64,000 bases of DNA from Nemertoderma westbladi (Eukaryota; Animalia; Xenacoelomorpha), in the NCBI GenBank assembly GCA_032718475.1, contig JAUCBJ010004144.1, positions 144,355-208,354 on the forward strand. The letters are read 5' to 3'. Below the pieces are notes generated by a model. It was not told where the DNA came from, searched no databases, and worked only from the letters and a program-made list of their open reading frames with translations. Below, piece after piece: positions 1-12,957 of the stretch (the first letter of the stretch is position 1; the number at the start of each line of letters is the position of its first letter). The position numbers and the translations under genes are program-made.

Positions 1-3000
1 TACGATGAAACTATAATAAATATTCTAGAACATAACAATATTAACAGGGAGATAGGCTACTTATATCTTCACTCTGAGAGCCACAGATAGGGGGTGTTCC
101 GACGCAATCAAAATTAATCCATCTCCTGGAGAAAGACGAAGCAAATAACAGCTGATTACTTCTATAAATGTAAGTGTTACCTGTTCTTATGACTTTCGTT
201 TAAGATTCTCTATCTCGTGGAGTGGGTTAGAAGTTATAAATATGAAAATCGATGTCGTTTTTTGTAAAAAATCAGAGGAGATTTTAATAAATTAATGCTG
301 AAAAACACCAAGGATTTTGACATGGCTTTAATACTCATTATATTCATGAAATAGCTGAGAAATTTGAGGTGAATTATTGTATCACATATTAACTTCGGCT
401 CCAGCCGCTTTGGCAATACGATGAAACTATATTAAATATTCTAGAACACAACAATATTAACAGGGAGATAGGCTACTTATATCTTCACTCTGAGAGCCTC
501 AAAAAGGGGGTGTTCCGACGCAATCAAATTCATCCATCTCCAGGGGAAAGACGAAGCAAAGAACAGCTTATTACTTCTATAAATGTAAGTGTTACCTGCT
601 CTTTTGACTTTCATTTAAGATTCTCTATCTCATGGAGTGGGTTAGAAGTTATAAATATGAAAATCGAGGTGGTTTTTGAAAAAAATCAGAGGATATTTTG
701 ATAAATTATTGCTGAAAAACCCCTAGGATTTTGACATGGCTTTAATACTCATTATATTCATAAAATAGCTGAAAAATTTGAGGTGAATTATTGTATCACA
801 TATTAACTTCGGCTCCAGCCGCTTTGGCAACACGATGAAACTATAATTAATATTATAGAACACAACAATATTAACAGGGAGATATGCTACTTATCTCTTC
901 ATTCTGAGAGCCTCAAAAAGGGGGTGTTCTGACACAATCAAAATGCATCCATCTCCAGGGGAAAGACGAAGCAAAGAACAGCTGATTACTTCTATAAATG
1001 TAAGTGTTACCTGCTCTTTTGACTTTCATTTAATATTGTCTATCTCTTGGAGTGGGTTAGAAGTCATGAATATGAAAATCGATGTCGTTTTTTGTAAAAA
1101 ATCAGAGGAGATTTTAATAAATTAATGCTGAAAAACACCAAGGATTTTGACATGGCTTTAATACTCATTATATTCATGAAATAGCTGAGAAATTTGAGGT
1201 GAATTATTGTATCACATATTAACTTCAGCTCCAGCCGCTTTGGCAATACGATGAAACTATAATAAATATTCTAGAACACAACAAAATTAACAGGGAGATA
1301 GGCTACTTATCTCTTCACTCTGAGAGCCTCAAGAAGGGGGTGTTCTGACACAATCAAAATTCATCCATCTCCAGGGGAAAGACGAAGCAAAGAACAGCTG
1401 ATTACTTCTATAAATGTAAGTGTTACCTGCTCTTTTGACTTTCATTTAAGATTGTCTATCTCTTGGAGTGGGTTAGAAGACATGAATATGAAAATCGATG
1501 CCGTTTTTTGAAAAAAATCAGAGGAGATTTTAATAAATTATTGCTGAAAAACACCAAGGATTTTGACATGGCTTTAATACTCATTATATTCATGAAATAG
1601 CTGAGAAATTTGAGGTGAATTATTGTATCACATATTAACTTCGGCTCCAGCCGCTTTGGCAATACGATGAAACTATATTAAATATTCTAGAACACAACAA
1701 TATTAACAGGGAGATAGGCTACTTATATATTCACTCTGAGAGCCTCAAAAAGGGGGTGTTTCGACGCAATCAAATTCATCCATCTCCAGGGGAAAGACGA
1801 AGCAAAGAACAGCTGATTACTTCTATAAATGTAAGTGTTACCTGCTCTTTTGACTTTCATTTAAGATTGTCTATCTCTTGGAGTGGGTTAGAAGTCATGA
1901 ATATGAAAATCGATGTCGTTTTTTGAAAAAAATCAGAGGAGATTTTAATAAATTATTGCTGAAAAACACCAAGGATTTTGACATGGCTTTAATACTCATT
2001 ATATTCATGAAATAGCTGAGAAATTTGAGGTGAATTATTGTATTACATAATAACTTTGGCTCCAGCCGCTTTGGCAATACGATGAAACTATAATAAATAT
2101 TCTAGAACACAACAATATTAACAGGAAGATAGGCTACTTATCTCTCCACTCTGAGAGCCTCAGAAAGGGTGTGTCCCGACGCAATCAAAATTCATCCATC
2201 TCCTGGGGAAAGACGAAGCAAATTACAGCTGATTACTTCTATAAATGTAAGTGTTACCTGTTCTAATGACTTTCGTTTAAGATTGTCTATCTCTTGGAGT
2301 GGATTAGAAGTCATGAATATGAAAATCGATGTCGTTTTTTGTAAAAAATCAGAGGAGATTTTAATAAATTATTGCTGAAAAACACCAAGGATTTTGACAT
2401 GGCTTTAATACTTCATTATGTTCATGAAATAGCTGAGATACTTGAGGTGAATTGTTGTATCACATATTAACTTCGGCTCCAGCCGCTTTGGCAACACGAT
2501 GAAACTATAATTAATATTATAGAACACAACAATATTAACAGGGAGATATGCTACTTATCTCTTCACTCTGAGAGCCTCAAAAAGGGGGTGTTCTGACACA
2601 ATCAAAATGCAACCATCTCCAGGGGAAAGACGAAGCAAAGAACAGCTGATTACTTCTATAAATGTAAGTGTTACCTGCTCTTTTGACTTCCATTTAAGAT
2701 TGTCTATCTCTTGGAGTGGCTTAGAAGTCATGAATATGAAAATCGATGTCGTTTTTTGTAAAAAATCAGAGGAGATTTTAATAAATTAATGCTGAAAAAC
2801 ACCAAGGACTTTGACATGGCTTTAATACTCATTATATTCATGAAATAGCTGAGAAATTTGAGGTGAATTATTGTATCACATATTAACTTCGGCTCCAGCC
2901 GCTTTGGCAATACGATGAAACTATAATAAATGTTCTAGAACACAACAATATTAACAGGGAGATAGGCTACTTATCTCTTCACTCTGAGAGCCTCAAAAAG

Positions 3001-6000
3001 GGGGTGTTCCGACGCAATCAAAATTCATCCATCTCCAGGGGAAAGACGAAGCAAAGAAGAGCTGATTACTTCTATAAATGTAAGTGTTACCTGCTCTTTT
3101 GACTTTCATTTAAGATTGTCTATCTCTTGGAGTGGGTTAGAAGTCATAAATATGAAAATCGATGTCGTTTTTTGAAAAAAATCAGAGGAGATTTTAATAA
3201 ATTATTGCTGAAAAACACCAAGGATTTTGACATGGCTTTAATACTCATTATATTCATGAAATAGCTGAGAAATTTGAGGTGAATTATTGTATCACATATT
3301 AAGTTCGGCTCCAGCCGCTTTGGCAATACGATGAAACTATAATACATATTCTAGAACACAACAATATTAACAGGGAGATAGGCTACTTATATCTTCACTC
3401 TGAGAGCCTCAAAAAGGGGGTGTTCCGACGCAATCAAATTCATCCATCTCCAGGGGAAAGACGAAGCAAAGAACAGCTGATTACTTCTATAAATGTAAGT
3501 GTTACCTGCTCTTTTGACTTTCATTTAATATTGTCTATCTCTTGGAGTGGGTTAGAAGTCATGAATATGAAAATCGATGTCGTTTTTTGTAAAAAATCAG
3601 AGGAGATTTTAATAAATTATTGCTGAAAAACACCAAGGATTTTATACTCATTATATTCATGAACTATTTGAGATATTTAATACGATGAAACTATAATAAA
3701 TATTCTAGAACATAACAATATTAACAGGGAGATAGGCTACTTATATCTTCACTCTGAGAGCCACAGATAGGGGGTGTTCCGACGCAATCAAAATTAATCC
3801 ATCTCCTGGAGAAAGACGAAGCAAATAACAGCTGATTACTTCTATAAATGTAAGTGTTACCTGTTCTTATGACTTTCGTTTAAGATTCTCTATCTCGTGG
3901 AGTGGGTTAGAAGTTATAAATATGAAAATCGATGTCGTTTTTTGTAAAAAATCAGAGGAGATTTTAATAAATTAATGCTGAAAAACACCAAGGATTTTGA
4001 CATGGCTTTAATACTCATTATATTCATGAAATAGCTGAAAAATTTGAGGTGAATTATTGTATCACATATTAACTTCGGCTCCAGCCGCTTTGGCAACACG
4101 ATGAAACTATAATTAATATTATAGAACACAACAATATTAACAGGGAGATATGCTACTTATCTCTTCATTCTGAGAGCCTCAAAAAGGGGGTGTTCTGACA
4201 CAATCAAAATGCATCCATCTCCAGGGGAAAGACGAAGCAAAGAACAGCTGATTACTTCTATAAATGTAAGTGTTACCTGCTCTTTTGACTTTCATTTAAT
4301 ATTGTCTATCTCTTGGAGTGGGTTAGAAGTCATGAATATGAAAATCGATGTCGTTTTTTGTAAAAAATCAGAGGAGATTTTAATAAATTAATGCTGAAAA
4401 ACACCAAGGATTTTGACATGGCTTTAATACTCATTATATTCATGAAATAGCTGAGAAATTTGAGGTGAATTATTGTATCACATATTAACTTCAGCTCCAG
4501 CCGCTTTGGCAATACGATGAAACTATAATAAATATTCTAGAACACAACAAAATTAACAGGGAGATAGGCTACTTATCTCTTCACTCTGAGAGCCTCAAGA
4601 AGGGGGTGTTCTGACACAATCAAAATTCATCCATCTCCAGGGAAAAGACAAAGCAAAGAACAGCTGATTAATTCTATAAATTTAAGTGTTACCTGCTCTT
4701 TTGACTTTCATTTAAGATTGTCTATCTCTTGGAGTGGATTAGAAGTCATGAATATGAAAATCGATGTCGTTTTTTGTAAAAAATCAGAGGAGATTTTAAT
4801 AAATTATTGCTGAAAAACACCAAGGATTTTATACTCATTATATTCATGAACTATTTGAGATATTTAATACGATGAAACTATAATAAATATTCTAGAACAT
4901 AACAATATTAACAGGGAGATAGGCTACTTATATCTTTACTCTGAGAGCCACAGATAGGGGGTGTTCCGACGCAATCAAAATTAATCCATCTCCTGGAGAA
5001 AGACGAAGCAAATAACAGCTGATTACTTCTATAAATGTAAGTGTTACCTGTTCTTATGACTTTCGTTTAAGATTCTCTATCTCGTGGAGTGGGTTAGAAG
5101 TTATAAATATGAAAATCGATGTCGTTTTTTGTAAAAAATCAGAGGAGATTTTAATAAATTATTGCTGAAAAACACCAAGGATTTTGACATGGCTTTAATA
5201 CTCATTATATTCATGAAATAGCTGAGAAATTTGAGGTGAATTATTGTATCACATATTAACTTCGGCTCCAGCCGCTTTGGCAATACGATGAAACTATATT
5301 AAATATTCTAGAACACAACAATATTAACAGGGAGATAGGCTACTTATATATTCACTCTGAGAGCCTCAAAAAGGGGGTGTTTCGACGCAATCAAATTCAT
5401 CCATCTCCAGGGGAAAGACGAAGCAAAGAACAGCTGATTACTTCTATAAATGTAAGTGTTACCTGCTCTTTTGACTTTCATTTAAGATTGTCTATCTCTT
5501 GGAGTGGGTTAGAAGTCATGAATATGAAAATCGATGTCGTTTTTTGAAAAAAATCAGAGGAGATTTTAATAAATTATTGCTGAAAAACACCAAGGATTTT
5601 GACATGGCTTTAATACTCATTATATTCATGAAATAGCTGAGAAATTTGAGGTGAATTATTGTATTACATAATAACTTTGGCTCCAGCCGCTTTGGCAATA
5701 CGATGAAACTATAATAAATATTCTAGAACACAACAATATTAACAGGAAGATAGGCTACTTATCTCTCCACTCTGAGAGCCTCAGAAAGGGGGTGTCCCGA
5801 CGCAATCAAAATTCATCCATCTCCTGGGGAAAGACGAAGCAAATTACAGCTGATTACTTCTATAAATGTAAGTGTTACCTGTTCTAATGACTTTCGTTTA
5901 AGATTGTCTATCTCTTGGAGTGGATTAGAAGTCATGAATATGAAAATCGATGTCGTTTTTTGTAAAAAATCAGAGGAGATTTTAATAAATTATTGCTGAA

Positions 6001-9000
6001 AAACACCAAGGATTTTGACATGGCTTTAATACTTCATTATGTTCATGAAATAGCTGAGATACTTGAGGTGAATTGTTGTATCACATATTAACTTCGGCTC
6101 CAGCCGCTTTGGCAACACGATGAAACTATAATTAATATTATAGAACACAACAATATTAACAGGGAGATATGCTACTTATCTCTTCACTCTGAGAGCCTCA
6201 AAAAGGGGGTGTTCTGACACAATCAAAATGCAACCATCTCCAGGGGAAAGACGAAGCAAAGAACAGCTGATTACTTCTATAAATGTAAGTGTTACCTGCT
6301 CTTTTGACTTCCATTTAAGATTGTCTATCTCTTGGAGTGGCTTAGAAGTCATGAATATGAAAATCGATGTCGTTTTTTGTAAAAAATCAGAGGAGATTTT
6401 AATAAATTAATGCTGAAAAACACCAAGGACTTTGACATGGCTTTAATACTCATTATATTCATGAAATAGCTGAGAAATTTGAGGTGAATTATTGTATCAC
6501 ATATTAACTTCGGCTCCAGCCGCTTTGGCAATACGATGAAACTATAATAAATATTCTAGAACACAACAATATTAACAGGGAGATAGGCTACTTATCTCTT
6601 CACTCTGAGAGCCTCAAAAAGGGGGTGTTCCGACGCAATCAAAATTCATCCATCTCCAGGGGAAAGACGAAGCAAAGAACAGCTGATTACTTCTATAAAT
6701 GTAAGTGTTACCTGCTCTTTTGACTTTCATTTAAGATTGTCTATCTCTTGGAGTGGGTTAGAAGTCATAAATATGAAAATCGATGTCGTTTTTTGAAAAA
6801 AATCAGAGGAGATTTTAATAAATTATTGCTGAAAAACACCAAGGATTTTGACATGGCTTTAATACTCATTATATTCATGAAATAGCTGAGAAATTTGAGG
6901 TGAATTATTGTATCACATATTAAGTTCGGCTCCAGCCGCTTTGGCAATACGATGAAACTATAATACATATTCTAGAACACAACAATATTAACAGGGAGAT
7001 AGGCTACTTATATCTTCACTCTGAGAGCCTCAAAAAGGGGGTGTTCCGACGCAATCAAATTCATCCATCTCCAGGGGAAAGACGAAGCAAAGAACAGCTG
7101 ATTACTTCTATAAATGTAAGTGTTACCTGCTCTTTTGACTTTCATTTAATATTGTCTATCTCTTGGAGTGGGTTAGAAGTCATGAATATGAAAATCGATG
7201 TCGTTTTTTGTAAAAAATCAGAGGAGATTTTAATAAATTATTGCTGAAAAACACCAAGGATTTTATACTCATTATATTCATGAACTATTTGAGATATTTA
7301 ATACGATGAAACTATAATAAATATTCTAGAACATAACAATATTAACAGGGAGATAGGCTACTTATATCTTCACTCTGAGAGCCACAGATAGGGGGTGTTC
7401 CGACGCAATCAAAATTAATCCATCTCCTGGAGAAAGACGAAGCAAATAACAGCTGATTACTTCTATAAATGTAAGTGTTACCTGTTCTTATGACTTTCGT
7501 TTAAGATTCTCTATCTCGTGGAGTGGGTTAGAAGTTATAAATATGAAAATCGATGTCGTTTTTTGTAAAAAATCAGAGGAGATTTTAATAAATTAATGCT
7601 GAAAAACACCAAGGATTTTGACATGGCTTTAATACTCATTATATTCATGAAATAGCTGAGAAATTTGAGGTGAATTATTGTATCACATATTAACTTCGGC
7701 TCCAGCCCCTTTGGCAATACGATGAAACTATATTAAATATTCTAGAACACAACAATATTAACAGGGAGATAGGCTACTTATATCTTCACTCTGAGAGCCT
7801 CAAAAAGGGGGTGTTCCGACGCAATCAAATTCATCCATCTCCAGGGGAAAGACGAAGCAAAGAACAGCTTATTACTTCTATAAATGTAAGTGTTACCTGC
7901 TCTTTTGACTTTCATTTAAGATTCTCTATCTCATGGAGTGGGTTAGAAGTTATAAATATGAAAATCGAGGTGGTTTTTGAAAAAAATCAGAGGATATTTT
8001 GATAAATTATTGCTGAAAAACCCCTAGGATTTTGACATGGCTTTAATACTCATTATATTCATGCAATAGCTGAAAAATTTGAGGTGAATTATTGTATCAC
8101 ATATTAACTTCGGCTCCAGCCGCTTTGGCAACACGATGAAACTATAATTAATATTATAGAACACAACAATATTAACAGGGAGATATGCTACTTATCTCTT
8201 CATTCTGAGAGCCTCAAAAAGGGGGTGTTCTGACACAATCAAAATGCATCCATCTCCAGGGGAAAGACGAAGCAAAGAACAGCTGATTACTTCTATAAAT
8301 GTAAGTGTTACCTGCTCTTTTGACTTTCATTTAATATTGTCTATCTCTTGGAGTGGGTTAGAAGTCATGAATATGAAAATCGATGTCGTTTTTTGTAAAA
8401 AATCAGAGGAGATTTTAATAAATTAATGCTGAAAAACACCAAGGATTTTGACATGGCTTTAATACTCATTATATTCATGAAATAGCTGAGAAATTTGAGG
8501 TGAATTATTGCATTACATATTAACTTCAGCTCCAGCCGCTTTGGCAATACGATGAAACTATAATAAATATTCTAGAACACAACAAAATTAACAGGGAGAT
8601 AGGCTACTTATCTCTTCACTCTGAGAGCCTCAAGAAGGGGGTGTTCTGACACAATCAAAATTCATCCATCTCCAGGGGAAAGACAAAGCAAAGAACAGCT
8701 GATTAATTCTATAAATTTAAGTGTTACCTGCTCTTTTGACTTTCATTTAAGATTGTCTATCTCTTGGAGTGGGTTAGAAGTCATGAATATGATAATCGAT
8801 GTCGTTTTTTGAAAAAAATCAGATGAGATTTTAATAAATTATTGCTGAAAAACACCAAGGATTTTGACAGGATTTTATACTCATTATATTCATGAACTAG
8901 CTGAGATATTTGAGGTGAATTATTGCATTACATATTATCTTTGGCTCCAGCCGCTTTGGCAATACGATGAAACTATAATAAATATTCTAGAACACAACAA

Positions 9001-9692
9001 AATTAACAGGGAGATAGGCTACTTATCTCTTCACTCTGAGAGCCTCAAGAAGGGGGTGTTCTGACACAATCAAAATTCATCCATCTCCAGGGGAAAGACA
9101 AAGCAAAGAACAGCTGATTAATTCTATAAATTTAAGTGTTACCTGCTCTTTTGACTTTCATTTAAGATTGTCTATCTCTTGGAGTGGATTAGAAGTCATG
9201 AATATGAAAATCGATGTCGTTTTTTGTAAAAAATCAGAGGAGATTTTAATAAATTATTGCTGAAAAACACCAAGGATTTTATACTCATTATATTCATGAA
9301 CTATTTGAGATATTTAATACGATGAAACTATAATAAATATTCTAGAACATAACAATATTAACAGGGAGATAGGCTACTTATATCTTCACTCTGAGAGCCA
9401 CAGATAGGGGGTGTTCCGACGCAATCAAAATTAATCCATCTCCTGGAGAAAGACGAAGCAAATAACAGCTGATTACTTCTATAAATGTAAGTGTTACCTG
9501 TTCTTATGACTTTCGTTTAAGATTCTCTATCTCGTGGAGTGGGTTAGAAGTTATAAATATGAAAATCGATGTCGTTTTTTGTAAAAAATCAGAGGAGATT
9601 TTAATAAATTATTGCTGAAAAACCCCTAGGATTTTGACATGGCTTTAATACTCATTATATTCATGAAATAGCTGAAAAATTTGAGGTGAATT
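1..9692. repeat. Satellite DNA tandem array, ~415-416 bp monomer (~24 monomers), with a recurrent ~355-bp deletion-variant monomer
   Basis: The anchor (t/c)acgatgaaactat recurs at 1, 417, 831, 1247 and onward. Near-identical 60-70 aa pseudo-ORFs recur with the same period. Deletion-variant monomers end at 3680, 4867, 7301 and 9317. Confidence 0.98.
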
Positions 9693-9830
9693 TGATAAAT
9701 TATTTCACTATAAGGTATCATTTGTAGTTTAACTTTAACGTAAAAACTTTTGAAAATCCGACGTATTTTGAGTAAGTTATAGTAATGTAATATTGCCTAT
9801 TCATATTGTACACATAAAACCCTTAGGTAC

Positions 9831-9907
9831 TCTCGTGGCGTAGAGGTCAGATGGTTAAGGCGTTGGTTACATTACAGATAGGTTACGAGTTCGAATCCCG
9901 GTCGGGA
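9831..9907 (+). ncRNA. tRNA-like (SINE-head-like) Pol III cassette in U3 of the 5' LTR; not a functional tRNA
   Basis: A-box-like TGGCGTAGAGG (9836-9846), D-arm-like ATGGTTAAGGCG, B-box GTTCGAATC (9889-9897), TCTCG/CGGGA acceptor-like pairing and T4 at 9916-9919. The anticodon and T stems pair poorly. Confidence 0.7.
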
Positions 9908-9954
9908 AATTTGTATTTTGAGGCCATTTATTTTCGTTTGGTGCTAATTAGTGG

Positions 9955-10200
9955 ACCAATGAGAAGCGTACAACGTAGCGAATAATGAGCCAGGCCAATC
10001 ATAGGGCATAAATTATCTTATTGCTCAAATGTGAGGCAGTGGAAAATTCTGCTAGGATTCCATGTCCCAGATTAGTGTAAGGGCCGGATTACGTTGAACG
10101 ATGAGCTGGGCCAATCATAGGGCACAAAGCACTTTATTGCTCAAATACGAAGCTGTGGAAAATTCTGTTTAGTTTCCATGTGCGATATTTAGTATAAAAA
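9955..10200 (+). promoter_or_regulatory. LTR Pol II promoter: three CCAAT boxes, a duplicated ~117-bp unit and a TATA box
   Basis: CCAAT near 9956, 9995 and 10111. Two imperfect copies of gccaatcatagggca...ttattgctcaaat...gtggaaaattctg...ttccatgt. TATAAAAA at about 10193. Confidence 0.65.
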
Positions 10201-11994
10201 GGCCGGTTTGCCTTCGGTTATTATTCTTCTACACACCCTTAATGTTAGATTCAGATTCTCTTAGTAATTGTGATCTCTCTCTCTCTGTTAGTTTATTTCG
10301 GTTTCTTGTTGAAACTTTGTTTGATAAATCATTTTGTAAAACTGTAAATATACTGCAAATTCCTGAACGTGTTTTTTCTTTGGTCCAACTTGGGACAGCC
10401 AAACATCAGGAGGATGGCAGCCTAGACCGTTAGGCCGTAAGCAACGCAGGGAAGAGATGTCCACAACACGCTAGCGCCCACATTGGATTGACCGCGCACC
10501 CCCCTTTGCCCTTCGAAATACTCGACTTGCCATGCAGCGCCGCTTTGTGAGAAAAGTAAGACTTTGTTCGACGCCCTTGCCTGCCGTAAGACCTATAGAT
10601 CAGGGTAAGCGTGACGCCGTCCTGGACGCCGCAAATTTAGGATCAAATAATTATATTCAGACAGAAACACCCCCCCCCCCTTTGTCATGTCCTACGAACC
10701 CCTGGGTTAACCTGTACTTCCTACAGGTAGGCTACGAACTATTGCCATTCGTCAGTACGCGAGTACATATTAGGTACGGACAGCATATGTTCCATAATTT
10801 AGTGATTCGTAGTACTGACTGTTTGGTACCGGTTCGCTTTGTAGAACGTACATTAGTACCCCCCCCCCCCCCCCCTGTCTGGAGTTAGCTATTTGATCAG
10901 GCAAGGAGTATTTCTGCTACCGGCACACTGCTTGGCCTAGGGAGGTTTATTAATATCCTACCGCGCCTTGCCACGTACTGATAGGTATTGCTGCTAACTA
11001 CCGCAGCAACAAAATTCTAGAATTAAATTAGTATACCAGATCAGCTAACGTACGGTAGCGATTAACCCCTATTTCTTATCTTACAACCAGAATCTGGTAT
11101 TAGTGCCGATCACGGGTGTAGTTACTAACACCGTGGTTGCCCATTGGGTTGTGGATAGGAAGGAGAGAGCTTTGACGTCATTTGTGAGTATAAAGTTCTA
11201 CAAAACGCGACTAGTTTATTTTAGTAGCTAGCGCACGGTATCATTTTAGTCAGAAAATCACTAAAACCTAGTAAAGGAATTACACGAAATTGTTTTATTT
11301 GTAACACACCCACACACACACGCCCTAAAACATACTGCCCTTAGAGTTCTACTAGCTATAGCGCACTATACATTATTTTAGGTAGAAGTTATCTGTATTT
11401 GTAAAATTAGGATCTGATATTTAGTTGCGGCAATAAGGAGTATTTCACTTTCGTTATTAAACTGTTGTTTTCTGTCCAGCAGTATTGTTACATTTAGGCC
11501 TGACCCTTTAGACTGATTTCGTACAGGGGGATCAGTTATTGTTACATTTAGGCACGACCCCTTTTCGACTGATTTAGGACAGTCAGTGTTGTTACGCTAG
11601 GTCTGTTAACCCACTAGCTCGTATATAAACCATATAAATCACACCGCGGCAAGTTACTGTATTTAGGACTGTCAGTGATAGTTAGGATTCGCTGCGCGGG
11701 GATTGTTTTCCCGTGAGTTTGGTCTGTTACTGTAACTGTACATCTGCCTCACCGGTTAGAGGACAGGTATCCTTTTGTCTAGTACGTAGGCATTAGACTC
11801 GCTCACGTACATAGAATAGATACTAGGCTCTGTTCCTCGCCAGTAGTCGTTTGTGTACTGTATCTGTTCATTTAGATATCCTGGACTGGGATTTGTTATC
11901 AGATACTGTACGAGCCCGTATACATTACTAGAGTCTCATAGTAAGATACATCGTTACTAGGATCTGGTAAGCGGTATACTACTGGACCCTTACA

Positions 11995-12004
11995 GTAGGA
12001 AGTA
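11995..12004 (+). promoter_or_regulatory. Non-tRNA primer-binding site of element A (GTAGGAAGTA), complementary to LTR segment 10715-10724
   Basis: No TGG follows the LTR. The reverse complement TACTTCCTAC is at 10715-10724 and 25538-25547. Confidence 0.6.
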
Positions 12005-12957
12005 TTTATTAAATATCTCAACCGAAAGTGCGTGCGCATTTAAAGTGAGATATAGATAAATATCTGTTAGCTATTGTAAGTAGGAGATATTTAAAAATTA
12101 AGGTTAGTAAATTTAGTAATTTAGAACGTCCCCTGCTTCAGTAGGCTTTTAGGGTAGCTAGTACTTTCGTATTTAATATTTGACTAGCTAACAGTTAGTT
12201 TGTAGCACTTTGTTTTACGCCGTGTGTGTGCGGTGTTACCTTTCGGTACTTGAAAAGGTACATAGGGTTTAAAGACCAATTTGTATCGGTACCTAGGAAG
12301 ATTTTTCGTAAGCGTAGAAGTAAAACTCTCACATTCGACCTTTTCAGGACTCAAGGACTCATTTCTGGACCGCTTCGAGGATTAGACCGCTTTTCGCAAA
12401 GTTTGGGAGACAATAAATTCGGCCGCGCCGCCGAAAACGGAAAGACCCACGTCCGGTTTGTATTTGGGAATTTGTACGACTGGAAGATTAAAGGAACGTA
12501 AGTTTTACGACTCGCGTCGTTCAAACTTAAGAAAGCACAGTAGTACTCAAAATTTGTGGGTTTCACTGTCTATTAGTAGTGATGTTGGTTCTTATTTTCC
12601 CGTTAGACGTTGCTGTTTAGCCTATTATTTGTATTGTTGATCTATATTTTGGTAACGTATACCGTTATCTCATTTATTCGTACAAATTTAGCCGGTAGGC
12701 TAGATTACTACTTATTTTATTGTATACCTTTGTTAGTTTTATTCGTACCGGTTAGGGTATATATATGATATATATATATATCAAGGTAAGTTTGACATTT
12801 GTACATTTCGACATTTTGACATTTCGACATTCTGACTTGTTGATTTATTTGTACCGGTTAGGGTATATATATACTATATATACCAAGGTAAGTTTGACAC
12901 TTCAACATTCAGACACTTTGACATTTTATTACCCGTACTTGACGTATATAATAAGAC

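Larger units (their letters stand above)
9693..11994 (+). repeat. 5' LTR of element A (2302 bp)
   Basis: Starts TGATAAATT and ends CCCTTACA. Direct repeat of 24514-26806; I counted about 9 substitutions by eye, plus poly-C and CA-repeat length differences. Confidence 0.97.

Noticed and set aside
1-9692. CRISPR array
   Set aside because: These are contiguous long monomers with no unique spacers and no cas genes, in a eukaryotic context. The same applies to 63021-64000.
9831-9907. Functional or suppressor tRNA decoding the gag TGA codons
   Set aside because: The anticodon arm does not pair, no UCA anticodon can be placed, and the T stem has mismatches.
10703-10726. Excised intron 3' end (TTAAC...CTTCCTACAG) as the source of the primer
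   Set aside because: It looks like a splice acceptor in A, but the equivalent segment in B is followed by CAT, not AG. It is not general and is kept only as an alternative explanation.
9693-11994. Hammerhead ribozyme in the LTR (retrozyme-like)
   Set aside because: I found no CTGANGA...GAAA core with proper stems by eye; an Rfam scan is needed to exclude other ribozyme classes.
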